Assembly (NCBI GenBank): GCA_040182905.1
Contig: JARQWU010000017.1
Location: 1 to 64,000, forward strand
DNA length: 64,000 nucleotides
Direction of reading: 5' to 3'
DNA from: Barthelona sp. PAP020
Taxonomy: Eukaryota
The translations under genes were made by a program, and so were the position numbers. Of this stretch, positions 20,696-30,371 are shown one piece after another; the stretch's first letter is position 1; each line of letters opens with the position of its first letter. The notes under the pieces were generated by a model, which saw nothing but the letters and a program-made list of their open reading frames with translations, had not been told where the DNA came from and searched no databases.

Positions 20696-21296
20696 TTATT
20701 ATTAAAAGATTCAAATGTGCATTGGTAAGATTTTTGCGAACATGTGAAAATGTCTTCACAACATTTTTCTAATAAATTTCTCGCATCTCTGTATAAATCG
20801 GAAGTTCAATGCATTCTTTGATCGGAATAAAAAAAAGCAAATTCTTTGTTTTGTAAACTTAAAATACCATTACATCACATAAATGCATAAAACAGCAACA
20901 AATTCAATGCGATATCTTTTGTTCCTCTTGAGAGAGTAAGATGTCTTTGAAAACCTCATTCTTCACTCCAAGAGTTTTCAATAAGTCAAAACTTCACTCA
21001 TAATTAGTTTTTTACTCTGAACAAGATCTTCACTCAGTTTTTAAAGAAGATTTATTAGTATTACACCAATTGACATCAAGTGGAGTATTACAAGCAACCT
21101 ATTAAAATCAATAAGCAACCAGTGAAAAAGATTCAAAAGCACAAAAAACTGTTTTTATTGTTTTAAACATGTTTTAATCAATCAAATCTAATATTTTGAC
21201 GGTATGAAAAACCCATATCCCATCATTTGAAAATTCACATTCTTGACCAATTTTTGTGAGAAAAAAAGACAGAAACAAAAAACTAAAATGTACACT

Positions 21297-22175
21297 TTAT
21301 ATGAAATCGTCCAAATCATCAAAAGACAGGTCATCCAGTTCAAAACTATCATTTTCACCGGAAGATGAAGTTGATGATTCATCTGATGCCGAAGCAGTAA
21401 AATGGTTTGTGGGTAAAGAAAATTTTAATTTTGGAGTGCCAGCTTTTGGTTTTTCTTCAAGAAGTTCAGTATTTTCGCTTTCACTATCACTAATCGGCTC
21501 TTTAGAGTCAATTTCGATACGTTTATTGAAAAGATCCCCAAAATCTAACTCATTATCGTCATCATCACTATTTGAATCAAATTCAATTCCATCATTTTCA
21601 ACGTTTTTGTCCAAAGAACCCATAGAATCCGATAAATTGTTTTCTGAATCATCATCTAATTTGGGCATATCGTCCAATATCATGTCAGCCAATTCTGCCT
21701 CAAAATCAAACTCTTCCTGTTTTTCCTCTTTTTGAGTGGAAATGTTTTCATCTTCAGATTCAGTTTCTTCTTCATCCCATGCATTATCTTGAGTTGGTTT
21801 TTCAAAAGTTACTCTCTTGTCATAAACATATGATGGATCATCTGGTCTAATGATATTCTCTTCAAAACTAACGTCCATAGTTGATTTAACATCATTTAAT
21901 TTATTGGTGGACAGATTATTTAGATTTAACTTCAACAATTTTTCTTCACATAATTTTGAAACCAATTTTAAATTTTTTTCATAATCTAAAGTATGTTGTA
22001 AAAATATATGTTGCTTACGTAATTCATCAGTTAAATCATGAGCACTCAAATAACTTTCATCATTGTCAATTTTGATGTCAATAATTCTATGTCTCAATCC
22101 TTTCTTCTTTGTCTCATATTCGATCAATAATTTTGGAGGCAGATATTTAATCGCTGCACGTCTTGTGATAAACAT
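21297..22175 (-). CDS. CEP19: CEP19 centriolar protein with a long acidic C-terminal extension
   Basis: AIKYLPPKLLIEY and NLNNLS...KSTMDVSFEENIIRPDDPSYVYDKRVTF match CEP19 blocks. Confidence 0.8.
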   Translation of the reverse strand: MFITRRAAIKYLPPKLLIEYETKKKGLRHRIIDIKIDNDESYLSAHDLTDELRKQHIFLQHTLDYEKNLKLVSKLCEEKLLKLNLNNLSTNKLNDVKSTMDVSFEENIIRPDDPSYVYDKRVTFEKPTQDNAWDEEETESEDENISTQKEEKQEEFDFEAELADMILDDMPKLDDDSENNLSDSMGSLDKNVENDGIEFDSNSDDDDNELDFGDLFNKRIEIDSKEPISDSESENTELLEEKPKAGTPKLKFSLPTNHFTASASDESSTSSSGENDSFELDDLSFDDLDDFI

Positions 22176-22222
22176 AAATAAAAATATCAATTAAAAAAAA
22201 GGACTATCTTTTTGAAATTTAT

Positions 22223-22957
22223 TCAAGAGTCAAGAATTCGTCTCAAAATAGTGCAAAACATTGAAGAGTCATATTTAACTTCAGAAGCATATAATTTTGC
22301 CAAACGATCATCTTCCAAACAACAAGTTATTGCTGATACAGTTTCATCTTCTGACAAATACCCACTTAATTTTAGACGATAAATAAAAGAGATACAATCA
22401 ACTCTTAAAGTGTTTATATCAAACTTGGGCAACAAATTGCTAGCATGCGGTTGAGGAGAATCTGAAACTGCAGTTTCAGTCCCCAAAAACTTCTCAATTG
22501 GCAAATCTTGAATATAATTTATGTGTTTGAAATCCAAATTGTCCAATTTTGGTGAAGATCTTTTGAATACAGATGTTTTCAAGGAAATTTTGTTTGGGGA
22601 ATCAAATATCGTCGCTGATTTCTGTTTGGGAATATTAGGTGGTGAAGTGGGTCTTGGTGTCTTTAAATTTGGTGTGGGTTGAGATGTATTTACAATTTGA
22701 GTTTCATTGTGTCGTTGCATACTTGATTGAGGTGACAACACTTTTCCCATTGAAGAGAGATTTGTTTGTGATAATTGATCTTTTTGTTTCTTTTTTTGTT
22801 TTCGTTTCCCTTTTGAATCAATATTTCTCGATTTTGATTCTCCTTTTTTTGTTTTTAATTTCAATTCTACTTTCTCCTCGTACGTATTCAATTCGGCCAA
22901 CGATTCTAATTGTGCTGTTAATTGTGCTAATAAAACATCGGGATCCAACTCAGACAT
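22223..22957 (-). CDS. Hypothetical protein
   Basis: 244-aa ORF with a disordered S/P/K-rich middle and a small helical C-terminal domain. Confidence 0.65.
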   Translation of the reverse strand: MSELDPDVLLAQLTAQLESLAELNTYEEKVELKLKTKKGESKSRNIDSKGKRKQKKKQKDQLSQTNLSSMGKVLSPQSSMQRHNETQIVNTSQPTPNLKTPRPTSPPNIPKQKSATIFDSPNKISLKTSVFKRSSPKLDNLDFKHINYIQDLPIEKFLGTETAVSDSPQPHASNLLPKFDINTLRVDCISFIYRLKLSGYLSEDETVSAITCCLEDDRLAKLYASEVKYDSSMFCTILRRILDS

Positions 22958-23225
22958 TGATAAATAATTTTGTGAAAATTTTCATTTAAGTCACCACTTT
23001 ATTGTCAATTTAATGTTGTGAAAAAAAGATAACAACCTGTTTGATTTTCAATAAATCATGTTGTTAAGATTCATAATGTCATTTACAAAGACAAAACCAT
23101 CGTGCATTCTTTTCTCGTGTAAAAAAAGAAATCTCGACAATTCTTACCCAAGAAAAAAAGACTCACATCTGTTTATAAATTCTTCTCTCTTTTCATTAAA
23201 AATTAATGTGTTTCATTTGAAAGAC

Positions 23226-25343
23226 TCACATCTTACTTAAAGGGTCAATATTCAACAAGCTTAAACCATTGTTCATAACTTGACGGAAAGTCTTCAATAA
23301 ATGAACTCTGGCATTAAGTGTTTTTTGAGGAGGAACAAGGATTCTGACAGCTCTATAATAACTGCTGAAATCTTTGGCGAACTCTTTGACAAAATCACAA
23401 ATCAAGTGTGTTTGGAATTGAGGCAAAGCAGGTCTTTCAGGAACCTTGGGAAGACCAGATTGTCTTAAAACATTTGAATAACCAACAACGTACTTCAAGA
23501 AAAGTTCCCATTCTGATTGTTCATTTAATTCATTGAAATTAGTTTCTCCCAAAGAGCAAATAGGTTCAAATTCTTGCTTTTCAATCATACCATCTAATTT
23601 GTTTAAAATGGAAGTAATACGAGTGATATTATAAAGAACAAAAGGTGCAGAACCACTTTGAGAAAAATCAGTGGCCTTTTCAATGTCAAAATTAATAACA
23701 TTTAATGCAGAAACATTCAACAAAGCATATTTCATGGTGGCAGTAGCAACTTCATGACAAACTTGCTTTTGTTCTTCTTCAGTGAAATCCCTAGTTCTTT
23801 CTCCCATAATTTCCTCAACACGAGCCTTCAATTCTTGGTATAAATTATCAGCCAACAAATATATTCCACGTCTACCAGACATCTTACCAGTTGTCAATTT
23901 GACCAATTCATAATTCATATGATATTGATTTCCTCCATTTTTGGTTAACATCTGTAAGGCTAATGATACTTTTTCTTGGGCTAAATTCTGTTCAGTACAA
24001 ATGACATTCAATACTAAATCGGCATTAGATAATTTCTTGATTGAATAAACAACATCTCTGAAAGAATAAAGTGTGGAATTATCAGGACGGAACAAGTATA
24101 AATTTGGATAGTTTTGCATGTAACCACCCTTTCCGACTTTCAAATCTCTGTCATAAATGTAACGATCAAGATTCAAATATCCTCCTTCAGGCACACCTTG
24201 GCTGTTGCAATGTGTTTGTGGATGATAATAAGGACAGTCTGTTAAAATTGAAGCAACACGGTCAACTTCACCAGACCAGGCCAATTCAGATTCAAAGTCC
24301 CATCTGTCATGTTGAATATCATAAGTATCCAATGTTTCTTGAACACCACTTAAAGTCATCATACACATACGACGGAAAGCTGCAACGACTTCAGGATTTG
24401 AACGTTGTTCATAAGCTAAATTTAATGCAGCACCCTCTTTGGCAATAGAAGTAATATTTGCCTTAACAATACGCTCAAGAAGTGCTTTAACAAGAACAGG
24501 ATATCTGGAATTTAAATCAAGAAGAATGTCCAAATTCTCAAGAATGGTATCAGAAGTGCCTAATTCTTGAATGATGGATTTTTGTGTTTCTTCAGCAATA
24601 AGAACTTCAAACTTTTCCAAAAGGTAAGGTAATTCAATATCAGCCAATTGTAACATATTGTAAGTGTTCATAATTGCATATATAATACCAATCCATTGAT
24701 CAACCTTAATATCCCTTAAAGATGCTTCATCATCAACAACCAAGTTAAAACCTAAAACAGTAATACCTATTTGACCACCCATATCATTAACAAAGAACAA
24801 TTCCTTGACATCATAACCAACAGCTTCTAAAATATTAGCTAAATGTGCTCCAATCAAAGAATTTCTGAGATTTCCAATGTGTAAGGGTGCATTGGGATTT
24901 GAAGAAGTGTGTTCAACAATAGCTTTTTTACCTTTCATTGCATCCAACTTACCATATTCTGTTCCTAATGTTTCAACCAAATGCATATAAGTTTCAAACA
25001 CTTTTGTACGATTTAAAGATATGTTAAGATATCCATTGAGACCATTGGCTTCAGATACATAAATGTATTCTGTTTGGTTAGTGTTAATTGCTTCATTTAT
25101 CAATTCAGCAAGCTCAACACACCATTCTCTAGGATTTTTTTTAACACTTTTGGAAAATTTAAATAAGGGTAAAGCAATATCAGCAACAGCTAAATTACGG
25201 GACTAAATATTGTTAATATTGAATAAAAATTAAAAATTTCATACCAATTGTAAATCTTCAATTGTCACTTCAAGAGGCTCAAAAAACCCTTTCAATTCAT
25301 TATAAACTAATTCATACAAATAATTTAAAGTATCAACTCTCAT
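23226..25343 (-). CDS. argS: Arginyl-tRNA synthetase (exon 1 25343-25245, exon 2 25202-23226)
   Basis: VEHTSSNPNAPLHIGNLRN (HIGH), KMSGRRG, C-terminal anticodon-binding domain ending in KM; splicing restores the N-terminal ADIALPLF motif. Confidence 0.92.
25203..25244 (-). other. 42-nt spliceosomal intron in ArgRS
   Basis: GTATGA...ATTAAC-AATATTTAG; contains an in-frame stop; removal fuses two ORFs in frame. Confidence 0.85.
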
Positions 25344-25493
25344 TTTCTTAATGAAAAAAAAAAAATTAATTTTGATAAGTTGTTTTTCAATATATTTAAT
25401 TTTATTTGTAAAAAAATCAAATACACTCAATCTTTCAAAATATGATTGAGGGGTAAAATTTGTTATGTCATTTACCTTTTTTGTTGATAACAG

Positions 25494-26462
25494 ATGACAA
25501 TTCCCGTAATTTTAGATTGTGATCCAGGGCATGACGATGCTCTTGCTATTATGATGCTTGCTAATCATCCAAACATAGAACTTTTGGGTGTTACCACAGT
25601 TGCAGGAAATCAAAGTGTTGAAAAAACTGCAATAAATGCTTGTAGAGCTTTATGTATTTCTGGAAAATTGGATGTTGATGTGATTGTTGGTGCATCTAAA
25701 CCTTTAGTAAAACCTAGTCGAGTATGTCCAGAAATACATGGAGAATCCGGTTTGGATGGTGTTGATTGGACATATATTGATTCAATTAGCAGTAAACCTA
25801 GAACAGATATTGCTGCAATCAATTTTATCCATGAAAAAATCATAAATTCAAAGGATGCTGTTACTTTGATTGCCACTGGATGTTTAACAAATATTGCTTT
25901 ATATTTGTCTGTCTATCCTCAAGATATTTCCCGGATTAATGAACTTGTTGTTATGGGAGGGGCATATTCAGGAAAAGGGAATATTTTACCTACTGCTGAG
26001 TTCAATGTTTTGTTGTGTCCTGAGTCATATCAAATTGTTTTAAATAGTGGAATTAAATTCAAAATGGTACCTTTAGAAGTCACACATACAGCTCTTTGTA
26101 CCGAAGAAATCATTCAACAACTTGACACTGTTAGTTATGTTGGAAACACTGTTTATAAATTGTTGACCTTTTTCAAAGACACTTATTTACGTGTTTTTGG
26201 TTTTGATAATCCTCCAGTTCATGACCCTTGTGCTGTCTTTGCGGTATTAGAACCGGAAATGTTTGTTTGGAGACATTTATACATGCAAGTTGAATGTCAG
26301 TCCGAAATGACTCTTGGTACCACTGTTTGTGATGTTTTCAATACTTTTCAAAAGGAGCCCAATACATATGTTGCCACTGAAATGAATGTTGTAGCATTTT
26401 GGAATGAAATGCTGAAATCTATTGATAGAGCCAAAGAAAATTTTGAAAAGTTAAAAAAATGA
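25494..26462 (+). CDS. Inosine/uridine-preferring nucleoside hydrolase (RihA/URH1 family)
   Basis: DCDPGHDD, IHGESGL, MGG, AEFN, VHDP. Confidence 0.93.
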   Translation: MTIPVILDCDPGHDDALAIMMLANHPNIELLGVTTVAGNQSVEKTAINACRALCISGKLDVDVIVGASKPLVKPSRVCPEIHGESGLDGVDWTYIDSISSKPRTDIAAINFIHEKIINSKDAVTLIATGCLTNIALYLSVYPQDISRINELVVMGGAYSGKGNILPTAEFNVLLCPESYQIVLNSGIKFKMVPLEVTHTALCTEEIIQQLDTVSYVGNTVYKLLTFFKDTYLRVFGFDNPPVHDPCAVFAVLEPEMFVWRHLYMQVECQSEMTLGTTVCDVFNTFQKEPNTYVATEMNVVAFWNEMLKSIDRAKENFEKLKK

Positions 26463-26781
26463 TTTGTTTTAACATCTTTCATGACTTAAAAATCACAAAT
26501 TTGACGCTATAAGGATTTTCTTTTGTAAATAATATGATTCACTTTTTTTTAATGGTATTTTTCAAGACATTTGAACCAGTTTAACACTTATTCGTCCAAA
26601 GATAAATACGTTGTTTTTTAGGAAATAGAAGTTTTTCAATTATTTCTCTTTTGAAAAACTGAACGAATTTTTACAGCAACAGAAAAGCAAATATTCAAAA
26701 ATACAAATATGTACAATCTGATAAAAAGAAATTACAAAATTTATTCATTGTCATATATTATACATCGAAAAAAAACAATAA

Positions 26782-29265
26782 TTATTTTTTGTTAAAAGTT
26801 TTGGGGTCACATATTTCATCGGAGTAATCATCTTTTACAAAATATTTGAATTTTTCATCTTTTTCATCAGCTTTCAATAAAACAGCCAATAATTTGTTTT
26901 TATAATCTTCCAATTCTTCTGCTTGTTCATTTTTAAACATTTCTTCAACTTTTCTTCTCAAATTTTCATCAATTTCACCTAATTTAAAGGCAAATTCATC
27001 AGATTCATCACTATAAGAAGCATCTTGAAAGTCTAATTTTTTATTTTCAGGTTTTGAATCAATTAAATACTTAGTGTTAACGTTTGGTGAAGGATTTACA
27101 ATTCTCTTAACAGTACTACTAAGATCTTCTAATATCAACCCGTTTTCAGGCAAAACTACATGTGTTGGTTGTCTTTCTTCTTCTTCTTCTTCTTCATTAT
27201 CATTGAAAGAACTTGAATGAGAATTCGAGTGAGAATTGATAGAAAAAGATCCTGATATCTCATTCAACGAATTATCCAAAAATTTTATAAAAAAATGTTT
27301 CAAATTGTTCAAAAGAATTGGTAAATGGGATCGTTTAATTGGCAAAGGAAAACCAATCCAATCATCCAAAAAGATTGATAATTCGTTGCTAAACAATTGT
27401 AGTTGTTCTCCTTGAAACACTTCATTAAATTCTTTCACAATTAAAGAGTGTATTAATAACTTTTCAGATACAGTTATGGCGGAAATGTGATATTTGCTGA
27501 AAATGTCACTCGATAACATCTCAACAATCTCCAAAAATATATCAAGAACAGATAAATTGAAACTGCTAACACTATCTTCTTCTTCTGTCTCTTTGCTTGT
27601 ATCTACTTCTGTTGTTATTTCTGCATCTGAGGGTTCATTTGGTTCAGCTGTGCTTTCAATCGTTTCTGACGATTCTAAATGAGTCAATGGTTCAGATTCT
27701 TCAGAAACTTCACCAGTAGACATGTCTGATTGTGATTGAGTAACAAGATCATCAATTCTATGATCACTTTCATCTTGATCACTAGTTGAAAGCCCTTCAC
27801 TATTCAAAGAAGGATCAATACTCTCACTCATATCATAATCATAACCTTTTGTCAAAACATCAGTGGAAGCTTGATGAATAATCATATGTGGTTCAATATT
27901 TCTTGAATTTCTGGGGCTTTCAACATTTTCAGGAATTTTCATTTGTTCGTGTCTACTTGGAATAATCTTAGGGGTAACACCAGCAATATTAGAAGAAACT
28001 TCATCGGAAGTATCAATAAGATTATTTGTTACAAGATTCAATTGCTTAATAAAAGAAATAACAAAAGATCTTTGTAAATGGTCTTTAATCAACACCAATT
28101 CATTTAAAACATCAGTTAAAAACTCAAAAGATTCTTCATCTTCAGCAAATTCTTCAAGTAATGCTATTACCACAGATCCAACACTTTGTGCTAGAGAATT
28201 TGTCGTACTGGATGAATTTGCTTCAATACTCTCTTGATCATTGGTTTCACTTGTAACCGAAGATTGTTCATCAAGCTCATCAAATGGAGCAATACCACTG
28301 ATTTCTGATTCATTTAACATTTCAACTTCTTTTTCTTTATTATGACGATATTTATCAACAGATTTTTGTGCTTTATAAGATTGTTTTCCAGCAGATAATA
28401 ATCTATTTGTAAAATCATCATATTTGATTCGCAAATCTTCGGAATCTTCAGAAAAATCATCCATATCTGCAACAGATTCGGAAGCCAAAGATGAATCAGT
28501 TTGTAATGGGAAATTCTTATCTCCATTTTGAACTAACATTTTCAAATCTTCACCAGATTCATTATCATCCTCTTCTTTTTCATAATCTTCCTCTTCTTCT
28601 TCTTCTTCTTCTTGTTCTTCTTCTTCTTCCTCTTCTTGCTCCTTTGCTACAACTTCATTAGAGCGTTTGTTTCGATTTTGAATGAACATTTGAGGTTCTG
28701 CATTAGGAGAAATCATATTAAAATTACTGACAAACATATTATTAAGAGCAGACTGTAAAAATTTAGATTTTTCTTCAGGATCTTGAATACTATCACTATA
28801 CTGTAAGATAAATGGAATTTGATTGTTGGAAATTGCAATTTCTTCAATGGGTAAACTACCAGATAACGCTCTTTTAGGAAATTCATTGGTATTTATTATT
28901 GTTGTTGGTGCATGAACGTGTTTATCGTACAAACTTAACAAATCAGCAGTATAGTCTGACTCTGAAACATCTGATATCAAATCACTCATTCCAACAATAG
29001 CTAATTCATTCAAATTAGTAGATGTTGTAATGGAATCATTCATTGATTCATTTGCAAAACCACTACTGGGTCTTTTTTGTTTAATGTTATTGTTTTCATT
29101 CAATTCTAAACCATAATTATGATTATTATCCGAATTAATGTTATTTAATAATCCTTTGGCTTGTTTGACTTTTAATAGTTTCATTATTGCATCATTGATA
29201 GACCCATCTTCAAGCTTTTGATTTTGTTGATGTTTAGATCTTCCCATTTGTCGATATTGATTCAT
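26782..29265 (-). CDS. Large acidic, largely disordered protein, possibly PCM1 C-terminal-like
   Basis: E/D/S-rich ORF from ATG 29265 with poly-E tracts; one helical block resembles PCM1_C. Family assignment is weak. Confidence 0.6.
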   Translation of the reverse strand: MNQYRQMGRSKHQQNQKLEDGSINDAIMKLLKVKQAKGLLNNINSDNNHNYGLELNENNNIKQKRPSSGFANESMNDSITTSTNLNELAIVGMSDLISDVSESDYTADLLSLYDKHVHAPTTIINTNEFPKRALSGSLPIEEIAISNNQIPFILQYSDSIQDPEEKSKFLQSALNNMFVSNFNMISPNAEPQMFIQNRNKRSNEVVAKEQEEEEEEEQEEEEEEEEDYEKEEDDNESGEDLKMLVQNGDKNFPLQTDSSLASESVADMDDFSEDSEDLRIKYDDFTNRLLSAGKQSYKAQKSVDKYRHNKEKEVEMLNESEISGIAPFDELDEQSSVTSETNDQESIEANSSSTTNSLAQSVGSVVIALLEEFAEDEESFEFLTDVLNELVLIKDHLQRSFVISFIKQLNLVTNNLIDTSDEVSSNIAGVTPKIIPSRHEQMKIPENVESPRNSRNIEPHMIIHQASTDVLTKGYDYDMSESIDPSLNSEGLSTSDQDESDHRIDDLVTQSQSDMSTGEVSEESEPLTHLESSETIESTAEPNEPSDAEITTEVDTSKETEEEDSVSSFNLSVLDIFLEIVEMLSSDIFSKYHISAITVSEKLLIHSLIVKEFNEVFQGEQLQLFSNELSIFLDDWIGFPLPIKRSHLPILLNNLKHFFIKFLDNSLNEISGSFSINSHSNSHSSSFNDNEEEEEEERQPTHVVLPENGLILEDLSSTVKRIVNPSPNVNTKYLIDSKPENKKLDFQDASYSDESDEFAFKLGEIDENLRRKVEEMFKNEQAEELEDYKNKLLAVLLKADEKDEKFKYFVKDDYSDEICDPKTFNKK

Positions 29266-30371
29266 ACAAAAAGATGCCAAAAAATAAAAATAAAATTGTG
29301 TTCATTCCTTTTTTCTCTTTCCATCTTTTCAATGTTTCCTCATTTTTATCCTTTCGGTCAATAAAATTTTTCCAAAAATGTTTTTCGATTGTTTTTGTTG
29401 CAAATTTTGCCAATTCTTTTGTCCTTGTTAGAATCAATATTTATGTCGAATGTTATAAATAACTTTTTCACAATGTGAACTTATTGTTACTAAACCATAC
29501 ACAGCTGAAATTTACAAAAGTTGAAATGCATCAAAAAGGGAACAAGACCAGCAAATATATCAAACAATCAAAAAGAAATCAAAACAAGCAAAATCATCTC
29601 AAACTACAAATATTCAAATTGTGGGATATTGAATTATACAAATATTTACTAGCAACCAAACCGAAAGGTGAAAAACGCTTATTATGTAGTTTTATAAGTT
29701 CTTTTATAAATTAAATCCCACATGCTTTATTTACTATATTTTGGGTTGTGTAATAAACCTTGCAAATTAATGAGTTATTATTGTTGCACCATTCAAATCT
29801 TCAATTTTTTTGTCTTGTCAGTTGATATTGTCCTTTTGGCCAGTTTATTACCATTATGAGATGTGTGTGATTGTGTTTTGCTGAGGATACTTTAATGCTT
29901 TTAAATATGGTTTTTATGAAAAGAATTTTATTTATTGACTCCACAGCTAATTAAAAACTTAACTTTGATAATTATCAAAATAATAAGACTTTCTTGTTGA
30001 GATTATTTTTAAAAGGAATATTTGAGGCATATCATTTGCTATTTTGGAAACAATGAGTAAGCAACACATAATGATTGCAAAGAAAAAAAAATTTGCCTGA
30101 CAGGCAAATAAAAGAGAGAGAGAGGGAAAGAATTATTCCCAACTGGAAACATTTTTCTTGAATGAACTTTTAATTTATTGCAACAGATTTGGTAAATACC
30201 AGGCACAAAAATAAAACAAAAATTTTATTTACTAAAGAAAATTTGCGATAAATGTTTCAAATTTTTCAAATTTTGGGGGAAAAACGAATTCTATTGAAAT
30301 TAGACAATTGGCAAGGTACATATGAAAACTACTCAAAAATTAGGCTGTCTCATGTTAAAAAATAAAAAAGT

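Noticed and set aside
21256..21735. 159-aa Ser-rich + strand ORF
   Set aside because: Antisense shadow of the acidic CEP19 tail.
29234..29437. Possible upstream exon for the 26782..29265 gene
   Set aside because: No GT...YTAAC...AG intron joins it in frame, and a typical T-rich leader precedes ATG 29265.
29820..29962. U4/U2-like fragments (GCTAATTAAAAACTT, CCTTTTGGC)
   Set aside because: Short AT-rich matches without the correct order, spacing or supporting stems.
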